Part shown: positions 1 through 9,624 of the stretch, in pieces | How positions within the stretch are numbered: the first letter of the stretch is position 1 | How the letters are laid out: each line of letters starts with the position of its first letter | NCBI GenBank assembly: GCA_035296545.1 | Contig: DATHAU010000368.1 | Coordinates: 1 to 34,915, forward strand | Origin: Microvirga sp. | GTDB lineage: Bacteria > Pseudomonadota > Alphaproteobacteria > Rhizobiales > Beijerinckiaceae | DNA length: 34,915 nt | Direction of reading: 5' to 3' | Notes under the pieces: generated by a model | Databases searched by the model: none | Told to the model about the DNA's origin: nothing | Seen by the model: only the letters and a program-made list of their open reading frames with translations | Made by a program: the position numbers and the translations under genes

Positions 1-1
1 C

Positions 2-658
2 TACTTTCTGTTCGCGATCGCCCCGGGAACGCCGCTTCGCACCGTAGTCGAACTCGAGATGATCGGTGAGATCGGCCTGGGCAGCAAGGAGCGGCCGAAC
101 TATCAGTCCATGGCGGCCCGCGAGATCCTGGCGCCGCCCCACGGCTTCGTGTGGATGCCGAGGATCGGCGCAGGGCTAAGCCGCGTGTCGGGGTCGGACG
201 GCTGCATCGACCGCCGGGCCTGGACACGCTTCTGGCTTCTCGACACGGTTCCGGTGGCGCGAACCCGGGCAAGCTCCGATCTTGTCCGCTCGGCCCGCGC
301 GAGGGCCATCGCGGAAGCGCTCTGGGTTCCTGCCTCGCTCCTGCCGGTCAATGGCGTGACCTGGGAGGCCATCGACGGCCGTCGAGCGCGGGCTATCTTC
401 CGCTATGATGGCGAAAGCTTCGCCCTGGAGCTGACCGTTGCAGAGGACGGGCGTCCGATCTCGATGTCGATGCAGCGCTGGACCAATGCCAATCCGGAGC
501 AGATCTTCCGCTACCAGCCCTTCGGTGCGACAGTGGAGGAGACCGGCGCCTTCGAGGGCTACACGATCCCGACCCGGATCAATGCAGGCAACGGCTTTGG
601 AACGGACGAGTATTTCCCGTTTTTCCGCGCCCGGGTGACAGAAGCGGGCTTCCGGTGA
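2..658 (+). CDS. DUF6544-like hypothetical protein, 5'-truncated by the window edge
   Basis: The frame of ORF 59..658 stays open back to base 2 (YFLFAIAPGTPLRTVVELEM...), so the gene starts upstream. The segments GFVW...SGSDG...WTRFWL...AEALWVPASLLP...VTWE...GYTIPT...FF resemble DUF6544-family proteins (family assignment from memory). Confidence 0.65.
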   Translation, partial: YFLFAIAPGTPLRTVVELEMIGEIGLGSKERPNYQSMAAREILAPPHGFVWMPRIGAGLSRVSGSDGCIDRRAWTRFWLLDTVPVARTRASSDLVRSARARAIAEALWVPASLLPVNGVTWEAIDGRRARAIFRYDGESFALELTVAEDGRPISMSMQRWTNANPEQIFRYQPFGATVEETGAFEGYTIPTRINAGNGFGTDEYFPFFRARVTEAGFR

Positions 659-881
659 TGATGGCGCAGGACCTGCTTCCCGCCAAGCCTTCAGCGGCTT
701 CCGGAACCGAGACATTTCTACGGCCAGTTCCCCAATGTGATGAGTGCTGCGAGGTGGAACGGCAATGGTTCATTCCACCCCGCGGGGGAGCGAGACAAAG
801 AAGCATGTGGGCGCTGGAGCGAGTTGTCAAAACATAGGTCGTGAGTGCAGGCGCCATGTGTAACGTTTGAATTCACGACCT

Positions 882-1529
882 TCAGTAGAGGCCGACAGCC
901 CGCTGCATGGCACATGCAAAATGTGCCTCAAGGGCCGCCTCTGCGGCTGCTGGATCTCGCGCGGAACATGCCTTGAGAATTTCGAGATGCTCGTTCATGG
1001 TTCGGATGACCATGAGCCAGGACAAGCGATACTCGCGGTCAAGCCGGATCAGATGAACAAAGCTCTGGGCCTGCTGATAGGCGCGCTCGATCATCGGATT
1101 TCTGAGCACGCCAATGACCTCAAGGTGAAACGCCTGATCGAAACCCTCGAGCCTTCGGGCCTGATCGAGAACGAGCTCACACCCTTCCACTTCCGCGATT
1201 ACGGCGCGATGCTGGAGTTCCAGAGCCTTGATCCGCGCCAGTGATGCCACTTCCGCGAAGCTGCGGATTGCTGCGCGTTCGAGCACGAGACGCAGCTGAT
1301 AGCTGTTTCGGACGAGCTCGAAATCAGGTTTGCGGATCTCGATCCCCGATCGGGCATGGATCGTAAGCCACCCCTCCGTCTGGAGAACCCGCAGAGCATC
1401 CCTCAAGGGGCCGACGGGCACGTCCAAGATCCTGACGAGATCACCTTGCGAGACAAAGGCTCCGGGCTCGATCCGGCGGGCGAACAAGGCCTCCAGGAAC
1501 CGGGCGCGGGCGAGGTCGCTCAGGCTCAC
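882..1529 (-). CDS. GntR family transcriptional regulator (FadR/FCD type)
   Basis: N-terminal wHTH (IEPGAFVSQGDLVRILDVPVGPLRDALRVLQTEGWL..RSGIEI) and helical FCD domain (DQAFH...NP...EHLEIL..C..RD...A..ALEAH). Divergent from the 1702-9165 operon. GTG start. Confidence 0.9.
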   Translation of the reverse strand: MSLSDLARARFLEALFARRIEPGAFVSQGDLVRILDVPVGPLRDALRVLQTEGWLTIHARSGIEIRKPDFELVRNSYQLRLVLERAAIRSFAEVASLARIKALELQHRAVIAEVEGCELVLDQARRLEGFDQAFHLEVIGVLRNPMIERAYQQAQSFVHLIRLDREYRLSWLMVIRTMNEHLEILKACSARDPAAAEAALEAHFACAMQRAVGLY

Positions 1530-1629
1530 GGTAACACGAGCCTCGGAGGCGAGCTTCCCCGCAGGCAGGGCTCGACGTCCCTAGGGGAAGCAGGGTGGGT
1601 TGCGGAGGGCCTTGCAGTTTTCCTGGAAA

Positions 1630-1662
1630 CTGATCTATCTTTCATATTGCCTCATATATCAG
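1630..1662. promoter_or_regulatory. Candidate GntR operator pair in the divergent promoter region
   Basis: AT-rich island with inverted arms CTGATCTAT (1630-1638) and ATATATCAG (1654-1662), one mismatch. The right site CTCATATATCAG is itself a near-palindrome. Regulator binding is inferred. Confidence 0.5.
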
Positions 1663-1701
1663 ATTACGACGTTGATTGAGAAGGCCTGCCGCGAGGACGA
1701 G

Positions 1702-2844
1702 ATGCGAATCGAAGGCTACAGGCTCACCCGCTTCCAGTACCGCCGCGATCGCGTGATCGGCGACAGCCAGGTTCATATCGCCTACGCCAACTATGTCGCG
1801 CTCGAACTGACAGCGGACGACGGATCCACGGGCCTCGGCTTCATGCTAAGCTTGTTTCATCCGCTGCCGGCGCTGGCAGAGGTCGAGCGGATCTTTGCCG
1901 AAGAGGTCTGGCCATCCCTCGAGGGGCAGCCGCCTGCAAGCCTTGTCCATCGGGTGACGCGCCCGCGGGGCGGCAACATACGGGCCTCCTCTCTGCCGTT
2001 CGGCGAGGCTGTAAACCAGGCGCTCTGGGATCTCGCCGCCAAGGAGGTGGGGCTGCCCCTCTATCGCCTCCTGGGTGGGACCCATCCCCAGGTGCGCGCC
2101 TACGCGAGCGGGCTGGATTTTCACCTCTCCGATGCGGATTTCTCATCCCTGTTCGCGCAGGCGGCGGCCCAGGGCTACCGGGGGTTCAAGATCAAGGTCG
2201 GCCACCCGGACGTGGACTGGGATCTCAACCGGCTGGCCCTCCTCAAGGAGGCCACCGGCGGCCGCGGCCCCGTCATGGTGGACGCCAACGAGGCCTGGTC
2301 GCCCCGCGAGGCCGTGCGCCGCCTCGACATCTACCGGCGCGCCGGATTCGAGATCCTCTGGGTCGAGGACCCCTGCCTGCGGGACGACTTCGAGGGCTTG
2401 CGCGAGATCCGCGCCGGCGCGCCTTGGGCGCACGTGAATGCGGGCGAGTACCTGGATCTGCGCGGCAAGCGCAAGCTCATCGAGGCGCGCGGTGTCGATC
2501 TTCTCAACATCCACGGCCATGTGAGCGACGTGATGCGGGCGGGCTGGCTCGCCGCCGAGGCGGGCATCCCGGTCACGCTCGGCAACACCATGCTGGAACT
2601 TGGCGTCCACATGGCGGCCGCCCTGCCCGAGGCCCAGTGGCTCGAATACAGCTTCCAGAACTACAACCATCTCGTCGAGGAGCCCGTGACCTTCCGGGAC
2701 GGCTATGCCTTCGCGCCGGACCGCCCGGGCCATGGCTTCGTGCTCAGCGAAACCGCCCGGCGCGACCACGCCTGCCCCGACGTCCTCGCACTCGACTCGC
2801 TGCCGGCGGCCCCGGCCTCGAGCCCCATCACACTGGCGGCCTGA
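1702..2844 (+). CDS. Mandelate racemase/muconate lactonizing enzyme family (enolase superfamily) protein
   Basis: ALWDLAAK..GLPLYRLLGG, AYAS, FKIK, metal ligands MVD(ANE)/WVE(DP)/AGE, and PDRPGHG. ATG at 1702 follows GAGGA and is preferred to the 1600 start. Confidence 0.9.
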   Translation: MRIEGYRLTRFQYRRDRVIGDSQVHIAYANYVALELTADDGSTGLGFMLSLFHPLPALAEVERIFAEEVWPSLEGQPPASLVHRVTRPRGGNIRASSLPFGEAVNQALWDLAAKEVGLPLYRLLGGTHPQVRAYASGLDFHLSDADFSSLFAQAAAQGYRGFKIKVGHPDVDWDLNRLALLKEATGGRGPVMVDANEAWSPREAVRRLDIYRRAGFEILWVEDPCLRDDFEGLREIRAGAPWAHVNAGEYLDLRGKRKLIEARGVDLLNIHGHVSDVMRAGWLAAEAGIPVTLGNTMLELGVHMAAALPEAQWLEYSFQNYNHLVEEPVTFRDGYAFAPDRPGHGFVLSETARRDHACPDVLALDSLPAAPASSPITLAA

Positions 2845-2903
2845 CCGCCCAACCATAGAAGGCCGATAACGGCCGATCACCGTTCCTCGGGAGGATCCGA
2901 TCC

Positions 2904-4136
2904 ATGAAGCTCAATCGTCGTCATGTTCTAGGTGGACTTGCAGCAACCCCGTTTGCCGGCCTCATCTCGGCACAGGCGCAGGCGCCGGTGCGCCTGTCCT
3001 ACTGGCACCATCTCACCTCCACGACCGAGTTCAAGGGGCTGGAGCGCGTCGTGGCGCTCTTCCAGCAGAAGCATCCCCAGATCAGCGTCGCGCAGGAGAA
3101 CATCCCGAACCCGGAATACATGTCGAAGATGACGGCCGCGGTCGTCGCCAATGCGCGACCCGACACCGGCATGGTGATCGCCGAGCGCGCCAATGATCTC
3201 GTGGCCATGGGAGCCCTCACGGACCTCACGGCGCGCATCAGGGCGTGGCCTCGCTTTGGCGAGTACCCCGAGCAAGCGTGGCGAGGGGCCTCCATCAACG
3301 GGAAGATCTACGGCATTCCGGCCTTCACCTTCGTGGACTGGATGTACTACCGGAAGGACTGGTTCCAGGAGGCCGGGATTGCGCCGCCCAAGACCATGAA
3401 GGAGTTCGTCGAAGCGGCGATCAAGCTCTCCGACCCCGCCAAGAACCGCTACGGCTTCAGCCTGCGCGGCGGCGCTGGCGGGTTCAAGTACGTCATCGAC
3501 ATGATCGAGGCGTGGGGTTCGCCGATCGTGGTCGACGGCAAGATGGCGATCGACAAGGCCAAGGCCGTGGAAGCCGTCACGGTCTACGCGGAGCTGCTCA
3601 CCAAGCACAAGGCCGTGCCGCCGAGCGCGCCGAACGATGGCTTCCGGCAGATCATGGAAGCCTTCAAGACCGGCCAGACCGCGATGGTGTGGCACCATAC
3701 GGGCTCGCTCACCGAGATGGTCGCGGCCCTCAAGCCGGAGCAGTTCGGCACCCTGCCCATGCCGGCGGGCCCGGCGGCGCATATCGCCCGGCTCACCTAC
3801 CTGTTCAATGCCGTCATGAACCCGGCGCGCGTGGATCCGGGCTTCGACTGGCTCTCATTTTGGACGGAGCCGGAGCCGGCGATCGCCTTCCTCGAGGAGA
3901 CGGGCTACTTCCCCTCTTCCCCGAAGATCGCCGCCGATCCGCGCATCGTGAACAATCCGCTCTACGCGGCCGCAGTGGAGACCACGAAGTTCGGCCGCCT
4001 GCCGCCGCAATTCGTCGGCGTGGCGGGTTGGTCGGAGACCGTCGTTCTGCCCGAGTTCCAGAAGGTTCTCGTCGGGCGTTCCACCCCCGCACAGGCGGTG
4101 GACGCCATGATGCAGGGTCTGCAGGCGGCCCTGTAG
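2904..4136 (+). CDS. Carbohydrate ABC transporter substrate-binding protein (family 1), Tat-like signal peptide
   Basis: N-terminus KLNRRHVLGGLAA...AQA; SBP_bac_1 motifs GKIYGIP, MYYRKDWFQEAGI.PPKT, FKTGQTAM. GGAGG RBS upstream. Confidence 0.92.
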   Translation: MKLNRRHVLGGLAATPFAGLISAQAQAPVRLSYWHHLTSTTEFKGLERVVALFQQKHPQISVAQENIPNPEYMSKMTAAVVANARPDTGMVIAERANDLVAMGALTDLTARIRAWPRFGEYPEQAWRGASINGKIYGIPAFTFVDWMYYRKDWFQEAGIAPPKTMKEFVEAAIKLSDPAKNRYGFSLRGGAGGFKYVIDMIEAWGSPIVVDGKMAIDKAKAVEAVTVYAELLTKHKAVPPSAPNDGFRQIMEAFKTGQTAMVWHHTGSLTEMVAALKPEQFGTLPMPAGPAAHIARLTYLFNAVMNPARVDPGFDWLSFWTEPEPAIAFLEETGYFPSSPKIAADPRIVNNPLYAAAVETTKFGRLPPQFVGVAGWSETVVLPEFQKVLVGRSTPAQAVDAMMQGLQAAL

Positions 4137-4154
4137 CCGGCATTGCCCACCCGA

Positions 4155-4175
4155 CGCGGGGCCTCGGGCCCCGCG
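4155..4175 (+). terminator. GC-rich stem-loop after the sugar SBP gene (mRNA-stabilising or partial terminator)
   Basis: CGCGGGGCC-TCG-GGCCCCGCG, perfect 9-bp inverted repeat with no U-tract. Confidence 0.55.
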
Positions 4176-4197
4176 CCTCCAATCATGGAGATCGAGG

Positions 4198-5019
4198 ATG
4201 AGCGCTCTCAGCACCGAAGACGTCCAGGCCTATCGCGACCGGGGCATTCTCTTTCCCTATGCCGTCCTGACGCCGGCGGAAGTCGAGGCCGCGCTCGCCG
4301 CGGTCGCGGGTATCGATGAGCAGCCCGGCGACCGGCGCCGCGGTCTCCTGCTCCACAAGACCTACCTCGTGTCGAAGACCCTCGCCGATCTCTGCCGCCA
4401 TCCCACGATCCTGGACCGTGTGGAGAGCCTCATCGGCGGCAACATCTATGTGTGGGGTGCAAACTTCTTCCTCAAGGAGCCACGGTCGAGCGCATATGTG
4501 AGCTGGCACCAAGACGCCACCTACTGGGGGCTCGATCCCGCCGACGTGGTCACCGCCTGGGTTGCGCTCACGCCGAGCACCGTAGAGAGCGGCTGCATGC
4601 GGGTCGTCCCCGGCACGCATCGCGGCGAGATCGTCGCCCATCGCGAGACCTATGCCGCCGACAACCTGCTCTCCCGGGGCCAAGAGATCGCGGTGGACGT
4701 CGACCTCGACAAGGCTGTGGACGTGGTCCTGCAGCCCGGCGAGATGTCGCTCCACCATGTGAAGATCGCCCACAATTCCGAGCCCAACCGGTCCAGCCGG
4801 CGGCGCATCGGCTTCGCGATCCGCTATGTAGGCGCCCATGTGCGCCAGGTGAGCGGCGCGCGCGACCGCGGCCTTCTCGTGAGGGGCTCGGACCCGTTCG
4901 GCCACTTCGAGCCCGAGGAGGCCGCCTCCGGCGAGTTTCGGCCCGAGGATCTCGCCCGCCATGCCCGCTCGTTCGACGAACCCGGTCCGGCGCGGGCGAC
5001 CGCCGCCAAGGCCTCCTGA
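4198..5019 (+). CDS. Phytanoyl-CoA dioxygenase (PhyH) family Fe(II)/2-oxoglutarate dioxygenase
   Basis: FFLKEP, WHQD (HxD), TAWVAL...ESGCMRVVPGTH, LQPGEMSLHH..IAHNSEPNRS..RR (distal His and 2OG-binding Arg). Confidence 0.9.
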   Translation: MSALSTEDVQAYRDRGILFPYAVLTPAEVEAALAAVAGIDEQPGDRRRGLLLHKTYLVSKTLADLCRHPTILDRVESLIGGNIYVWGANFFLKEPRSSAYVSWHQDATYWGLDPADVVTAWVALTPSTVESGCMRVVPGTHRGEIVAHRETYAADNLLSRGQEIAVDVDLDKAVDVVLQPGEMSLHHVKIAHNSEPNRSSRRRIGFAIRYVGAHVRQVSGARDRGLLVRGSDPFGHFEPEEAASGEFRPEDLARHARSFDEPGPARATAAKAS

Positions 5020-5056
5020 TACGCCTCTCCCCAGCGCACCCACCCGAGCGATCCCC

Positions 5057-6175
5057 ATGAAGATCACCGACATCCGCTGCTATCTCGTCGACGCCGAGCC
5101 GCAACGCCATCGCTTCCGTTGGCGCACCGGTCTCATGGGATCGCATGACGGGCTCGCGCCCGGGCAGACCGGCGTCACCGCGATTCTGCGCATGGAAACC
5201 GATGAGGGCCTCACGGGAGTCGTGGAGCTCGAATCCTCGGCGCGGTATGCCCACGCGGCTCTCACCTTGACCGAGCGACGGCTCAAGAGCCTCATCGGCG
5301 AGGATCCCCGCAACACCGAGCGCCTATGGCACCTCGTGTGGGAGATCGACCGCATCGACGAGATGCACATGACCCATCTCGGCCTCGTCGACCTCTTGGC
5401 CTGGGACATCAAGTCGAAGGCCGCCCGGATGCCGATCTGGCAGATGCTCGGGGGCAACTCACCGCGCGTGCCGGCCTATGCCTCCACGGTGACCTGGGAC
5501 ACGATGGAGGAGTACGAGCGCTCCATCAAGCTATGCATGGACGAGGGCTTCACGGCGTTCAAGCTCCACGCCTGGGGCGACGCGCGGGAGGACGCCAAGC
5601 TCTGCCGGAACCTGCGCCGCTGGGCCGGCCCCGATGCCGACCTGATGTTCGACGGGTCGGCGGGATGGGACTACGTGACGTCCCTCTGGTTCGGCCGCGT
5701 TCTCGAGGAATGCGGCTTCCTCTGGTACGAGGAGCCCATGCGCGAGTTCGAACTCGGGAGCTACCGCAAGCTCTGCGACGCCCTTGACATCCCGGTCCTC
5801 GCCGCGGAGACCTCGGACGGCTGCCACTGGAACATGGCGACCTGGATCCAGATGGGCGCTCTCGACATGACGCGGGTAAACACGAACTTCAAGGGCGGCT
5901 TCACGGGTTCGATGAAGATCGCCCATCTCTCCGACAGTCACGGCATGCGCTGTCAGGTCCACGGCATGAGCCTCGGCAATGCGCAGCTGTGCGCAGCCAT
6001 CCGGATCAACGACTACTACGAGCAGCTCGTCATCAATGAGGAGCAGATCAAAGGCCTCAAGAACCTCGGCCCCCTGGCCATCGTGGACGGCCACCTCAAC
6101 GTCTCGAGCGAACCCGGTCTCGGCTACGACCCTGACTGGGCCCGCGTCGAGCGCGTGGCCGTAGCCTCGGCTTGA
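5057..6175 (+). CDS. Second mandelate racemase/muconate lactonizing enzyme family protein
   Basis: MKITDI start, LRMETDEGLTG, DLLAWDIKSKAARMPIWQMLGG, AYAS, ligands MFD/WYEEP/AAE, QVH, EPGLG. True ATG probably at 5057, not 4961. Confidence 0.9.
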   Translation: MKITDIRCYLVDAEPQRHRFRWRTGLMGSHDGLAPGQTGVTAILRMETDEGLTGVVELESSARYAHAALTLTERRLKSLIGEDPRNTERLWHLVWEIDRIDEMHMTHLGLVDLLAWDIKSKAARMPIWQMLGGNSPRVPAYASTVTWDTMEEYERSIKLCMDEGFTAFKLHAWGDAREDAKLCRNLRRWAGPDADLMFDGSAGWDYVTSLWFGRVLEECGFLWYEEPMREFELGSYRKLCDALDIPVLAAETSDGCHWNMATWIQMGALDMTRVNTNFKGGFTGSMKIAHLSDSHGMRCQVHGMSLGNAQLCAAIRINDYYEQLVINEEQIKGLKNLGPLAIVDGHLNVSSEPGLGYDPDWARVERVAVASA

Positions 6176-6185
6176 GGGTCCAGGC

Positions 6186-7133
6186 GTGACCGCCTCCGTT
6201 GGCCTCGCCGGGAAGCCCGCGCCGCCGGCTCGCCGCCGGCTCACCGGCTTTGCACGCCTCTCGGAGAGCCGCCGCTGGGCCTATTACCTTCTGCTGCCCA
6301 GCCTCCTGATGATCCTGGCGATCGTCCTCTACCCCACCGTATGGGGGATGACCCTGAGCTTTCGGGAGATGAGGCTGAACCGCCTCGATCTCGGCACCGG
6401 TTTCGTGGGCTTCAAACATTACATCGCCCTGTGGAACGATGCGATTTTCTGGCTGTCGCTACGCAACACCGCGATCTGGGTCACGGGCGCGCTGATCGGC
6501 GAGTTCCTGCTGGGCCTCGCCGCGGCCCTTCTGCTCCATCGGGACCTGCCCGGATCCCGGGCCGCGGCTGTGATGATCCTTCTGCCCTGGTTCCTCCCGA
6601 AGGTGGTTGCCGGCCATATGTGGGCGCTGATGCTCGACCCGCGGCTCGGCGTCATCAACGACCTTCTCATCAGGGCCGGGATCCTCTCGACTTCCAAGGC
6701 TTGGTTCGCGGATCCCGACACGGCGCTGGCCGCGGCCCTCGTGGTCGAGATCTGGAACGGCTTTCCCTTCTTCGCGCTTCTCGTGCTTGCCGGCCTCAAG
6801 GCGATCCCGCAGGATCTCTACGAGGCGGCGGCCTGCGACGGCGCCCGCGCCTGGCGGCAGTTCATGCACATCACGCTGCCACAGCTCAAGGTCATCATCG
6901 TGGCCGCCGTGGTGCTGCGGGTCATTACGCTGGTGAACTCCCCCGACATCCTCCTCATCCTCACCGGCGGCGGACCCGGGCGCTCGACTCTGGTGCTATC
7001 CCTTTACGCCTTCTTGAAGGTGAACAAGGAATTCAACTTCGGCTACGGCAGCGCGTTGGCGGTCGTCCTGTTCCTTCTCCTGATGGTGTTCTCCTACCTC
7101 TATGTCCGTCTGTCCAACGTGATGAAGGACTGA
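6186..7133 (+). CDS. Carbohydrate ABC transporter permease (MalF/UgpA-like)
   Basis: Multiple TM segments, FVGFKHY, EAA loop LYEAAACDGARAWRQFMHITLP, LTGGGP. Confidence 0.93.
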   Translation: MTASVGLAGKPAPPARRRLTGFARLSESRRWAYYLLLPSLLMILAIVLYPTVWGMTLSFREMRLNRLDLGTGFVGFKHYIALWNDAIFWLSLRNTAIWVTGALIGEFLLGLAAALLLHRDLPGSRAAAVMILLPWFLPKVVAGHMWALMLDPRLGVINDLLIRAGILSTSKAWFADPDTALAAALVVEIWNGFPFFALLVLAGLKAIPQDLYEAAACDGARAWRQFMHITLPQLKVIIVAAVVLRVITLVNSPDILLILTGGGPGRSTLVLSLYAFLKVNKEFNFGYGSALAVVLFLLLMVFSYLYVRLSNVMKD

Positions 7134-7140
7134 TGATCCG

Positions 7141-8052
7141 ATGACCGCGACCCCACCGCCCCATGACCGGCTCCCGCCGGGCCGGCTTCCCCCGAGAAGG
7201 CGGCGCCTCGTGCGATCCAAGGCGACCCGGCGGCGCCTCGCCGACGGCCTGGCCTCCATGGCGCTCTGGACGATCGTGCTGTTTGCCGTACTGCCGATCG
7301 TCTGGACGTTCCTGGTATCCCTCAAGCCCGAGGCCGATATCGTCACCGCGACTCTTTCGTACGTGCCCAAGCGCGTGACCTTCGAGAATTACGTCGCGAT
7401 CTGGACCCGGTCCAACTTTCCGACCCTCATCATCAACAGCGCCGTCGTGACCGCCATGACGGTGGTGATCTGCGTGGTCATCGGAACCCTCGCGTCCTAC
7501 GCAGTGTCGCGCTACCGCTTTGCAGGGCGTCGCGAACTGATGTTGTTCTACCTCGTCGTGCGCATGTTCCCGGCGGTGATGATCATTATCCCGCTCTTCA
7601 TCCTCCTGCGTAGCTTGGGACTCCTGGACAGCCGCTTCGGCCTCGCCTTGGCCTACACGACCTTCCTGCTGCCGGTGTTCATCTGGATGATGAAGGGTTT
7701 CTTCGAAGCGGTGCCGATCGAAGTCGAAGAGGCGGCGCGCATGGACGGGGCGAGCCGCGTCGGCGCGATGGTGCGGGTGGTCCTGCCGCTGGTCGTGAGC
7801 GGCCTCGTCGCCACGGCAGTCTTCGTCGCGATAGGAGCCTGGAACGAGTTCCTGTTCGCGCTGATGCTCACAACCAGCGCAGGCTCCCGCACCTGGCCGG
7901 TAGGGCTCCAGCTCATGGTGGGCGAGTTCCAGCTGCCCTGGGGCTCGCTCGCCGCCGGCGGCATCATTTCCATCGTGCCGGTGATCATCCTCTTCGCCCT
8001 TGTCCAGGGAGCCATGGTGCGAGGGCTCACTGCCGGCGCCGTCAAAGGCTGA
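7141..8052 (+). CDS. Carbohydrate ABC transporter permease (MalG/UgpE-like)
   Basis: TFENY, EAA loop VEEAARMDGAS, AWNEFLFAL, terminal GLTAGAVKG. Confidence 0.93.
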   Translation: MTATPPPHDRLPPGRLPPRRRRLVRSKATRRRLADGLASMALWTIVLFAVLPIVWTFLVSLKPEADIVTATLSYVPKRVTFENYVAIWTRSNFPTLIINSAVVTAMTVVICVVIGTLASYAVSRYRFAGRRELMLFYLVVRMFPAVMIIIPLFILLRSLGLLDSRFGLALAYTTFLLPVFIWMMKGFFEAVPIEVEEAARMDGASRVGAMVRVVLPLVVSGLVATAVFVAIGAWNEFLFALMLTTSAGSRTWPVGLQLMVGEFQLPWGSLAAGGIISIVPVIILFALVQGAMVRGLTAGAVKG

Positions 8053-8073
8053 GCATCCACAAGGGAGGGGTTT

Positions 8074-9165
<1,092 letters not shown>

Positions 9166-9237
9166 GGTGGGGCGCGCGACTCTCCCCGAGCAGCGGCGCG
9201 TGATCCCCAAGGCCTCTGCCGAGAAGGCAATCCGATC

Positions 9238-9504
9238 GTGACCCTGCGCAATATCGCGGAGCGGCTCTCGGACACCCATGAACTGCGCGAGCGTCAAGCC
9301 AACGAGATGCTGACGCGGATGGTGGAGAGGATCGCCAAGAGCCTGAAGAGGGGCGAGAAGATCCGCCTGACGGGTGTCGGCATTCTGCAGGTGCACAAGC
9401 GGGCCGCTCGCACAGGCGGCAACCCGCAGACCGGCGGGCCGATCATGATCAAGGCCTCTAGGAGGATCGCCTTCAGGCCTGCCGGGGAACTCAAGGAAGC
9501 CATC
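9238..9504 (+). CDS. HU/IHF family DNA-binding protein domain, no stop codon of its own (possibly degenerate)
   Basis: TLRNIAERLS...LKRGEKIRLTGVGILQVHKRAARTGGNPQTGGPIMIKASRRIAFRPAGELKEAI follows the HU pattern. The next codon (9505-9507) is CGA and the frame runs on into matB. Confidence 0.8.
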
Positions 9505-9624
9505 CGAGCGTTGCCAAGGCCGACATGGAAGCTGCGCCAGGGACCTGTCCCGCCAGGCCGTCGGTGGTATAAGGGTCTGGCATGCCACTGGTCCACCATG
9601 GATTCCGGATTGAGAGCTCCCGCC

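Noticed and set aside
659-881. Small ORFs between the DUF6544-like gene and the GntR
   Set aside because: No motifs or convincing RBS; treated as spacer between convergent genes.
1580-1590. CCTAGGGGAAG also present in reverse complement near 31312-31322
   Set aside because: A single 11-bp match 30 kb apart with no extension or flanking recombinase; compatible with chance.
1600-1701. N-terminal extensions given by the ORF track (also 4961-5056, 21299-21328, 32535-32672, 33116-33175)
   Set aside because: They run through promoter DNA or upstream genes. The downstream ATGs give family-typical N-termini, most with an RBS or stop/start coupling.
4198-5019. Fe/2OG halogenase
   Set aside because: The HxD triad is intact (WHQD); halogenases carry HxA/G.
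7167-7196. Short imperfect tandem repeat encoding RLPPG-RLPPR at the permease N-terminus
   Set aside because: Two degenerate copies in a low-complexity cytoplasmic tail; no sign of phase variation.
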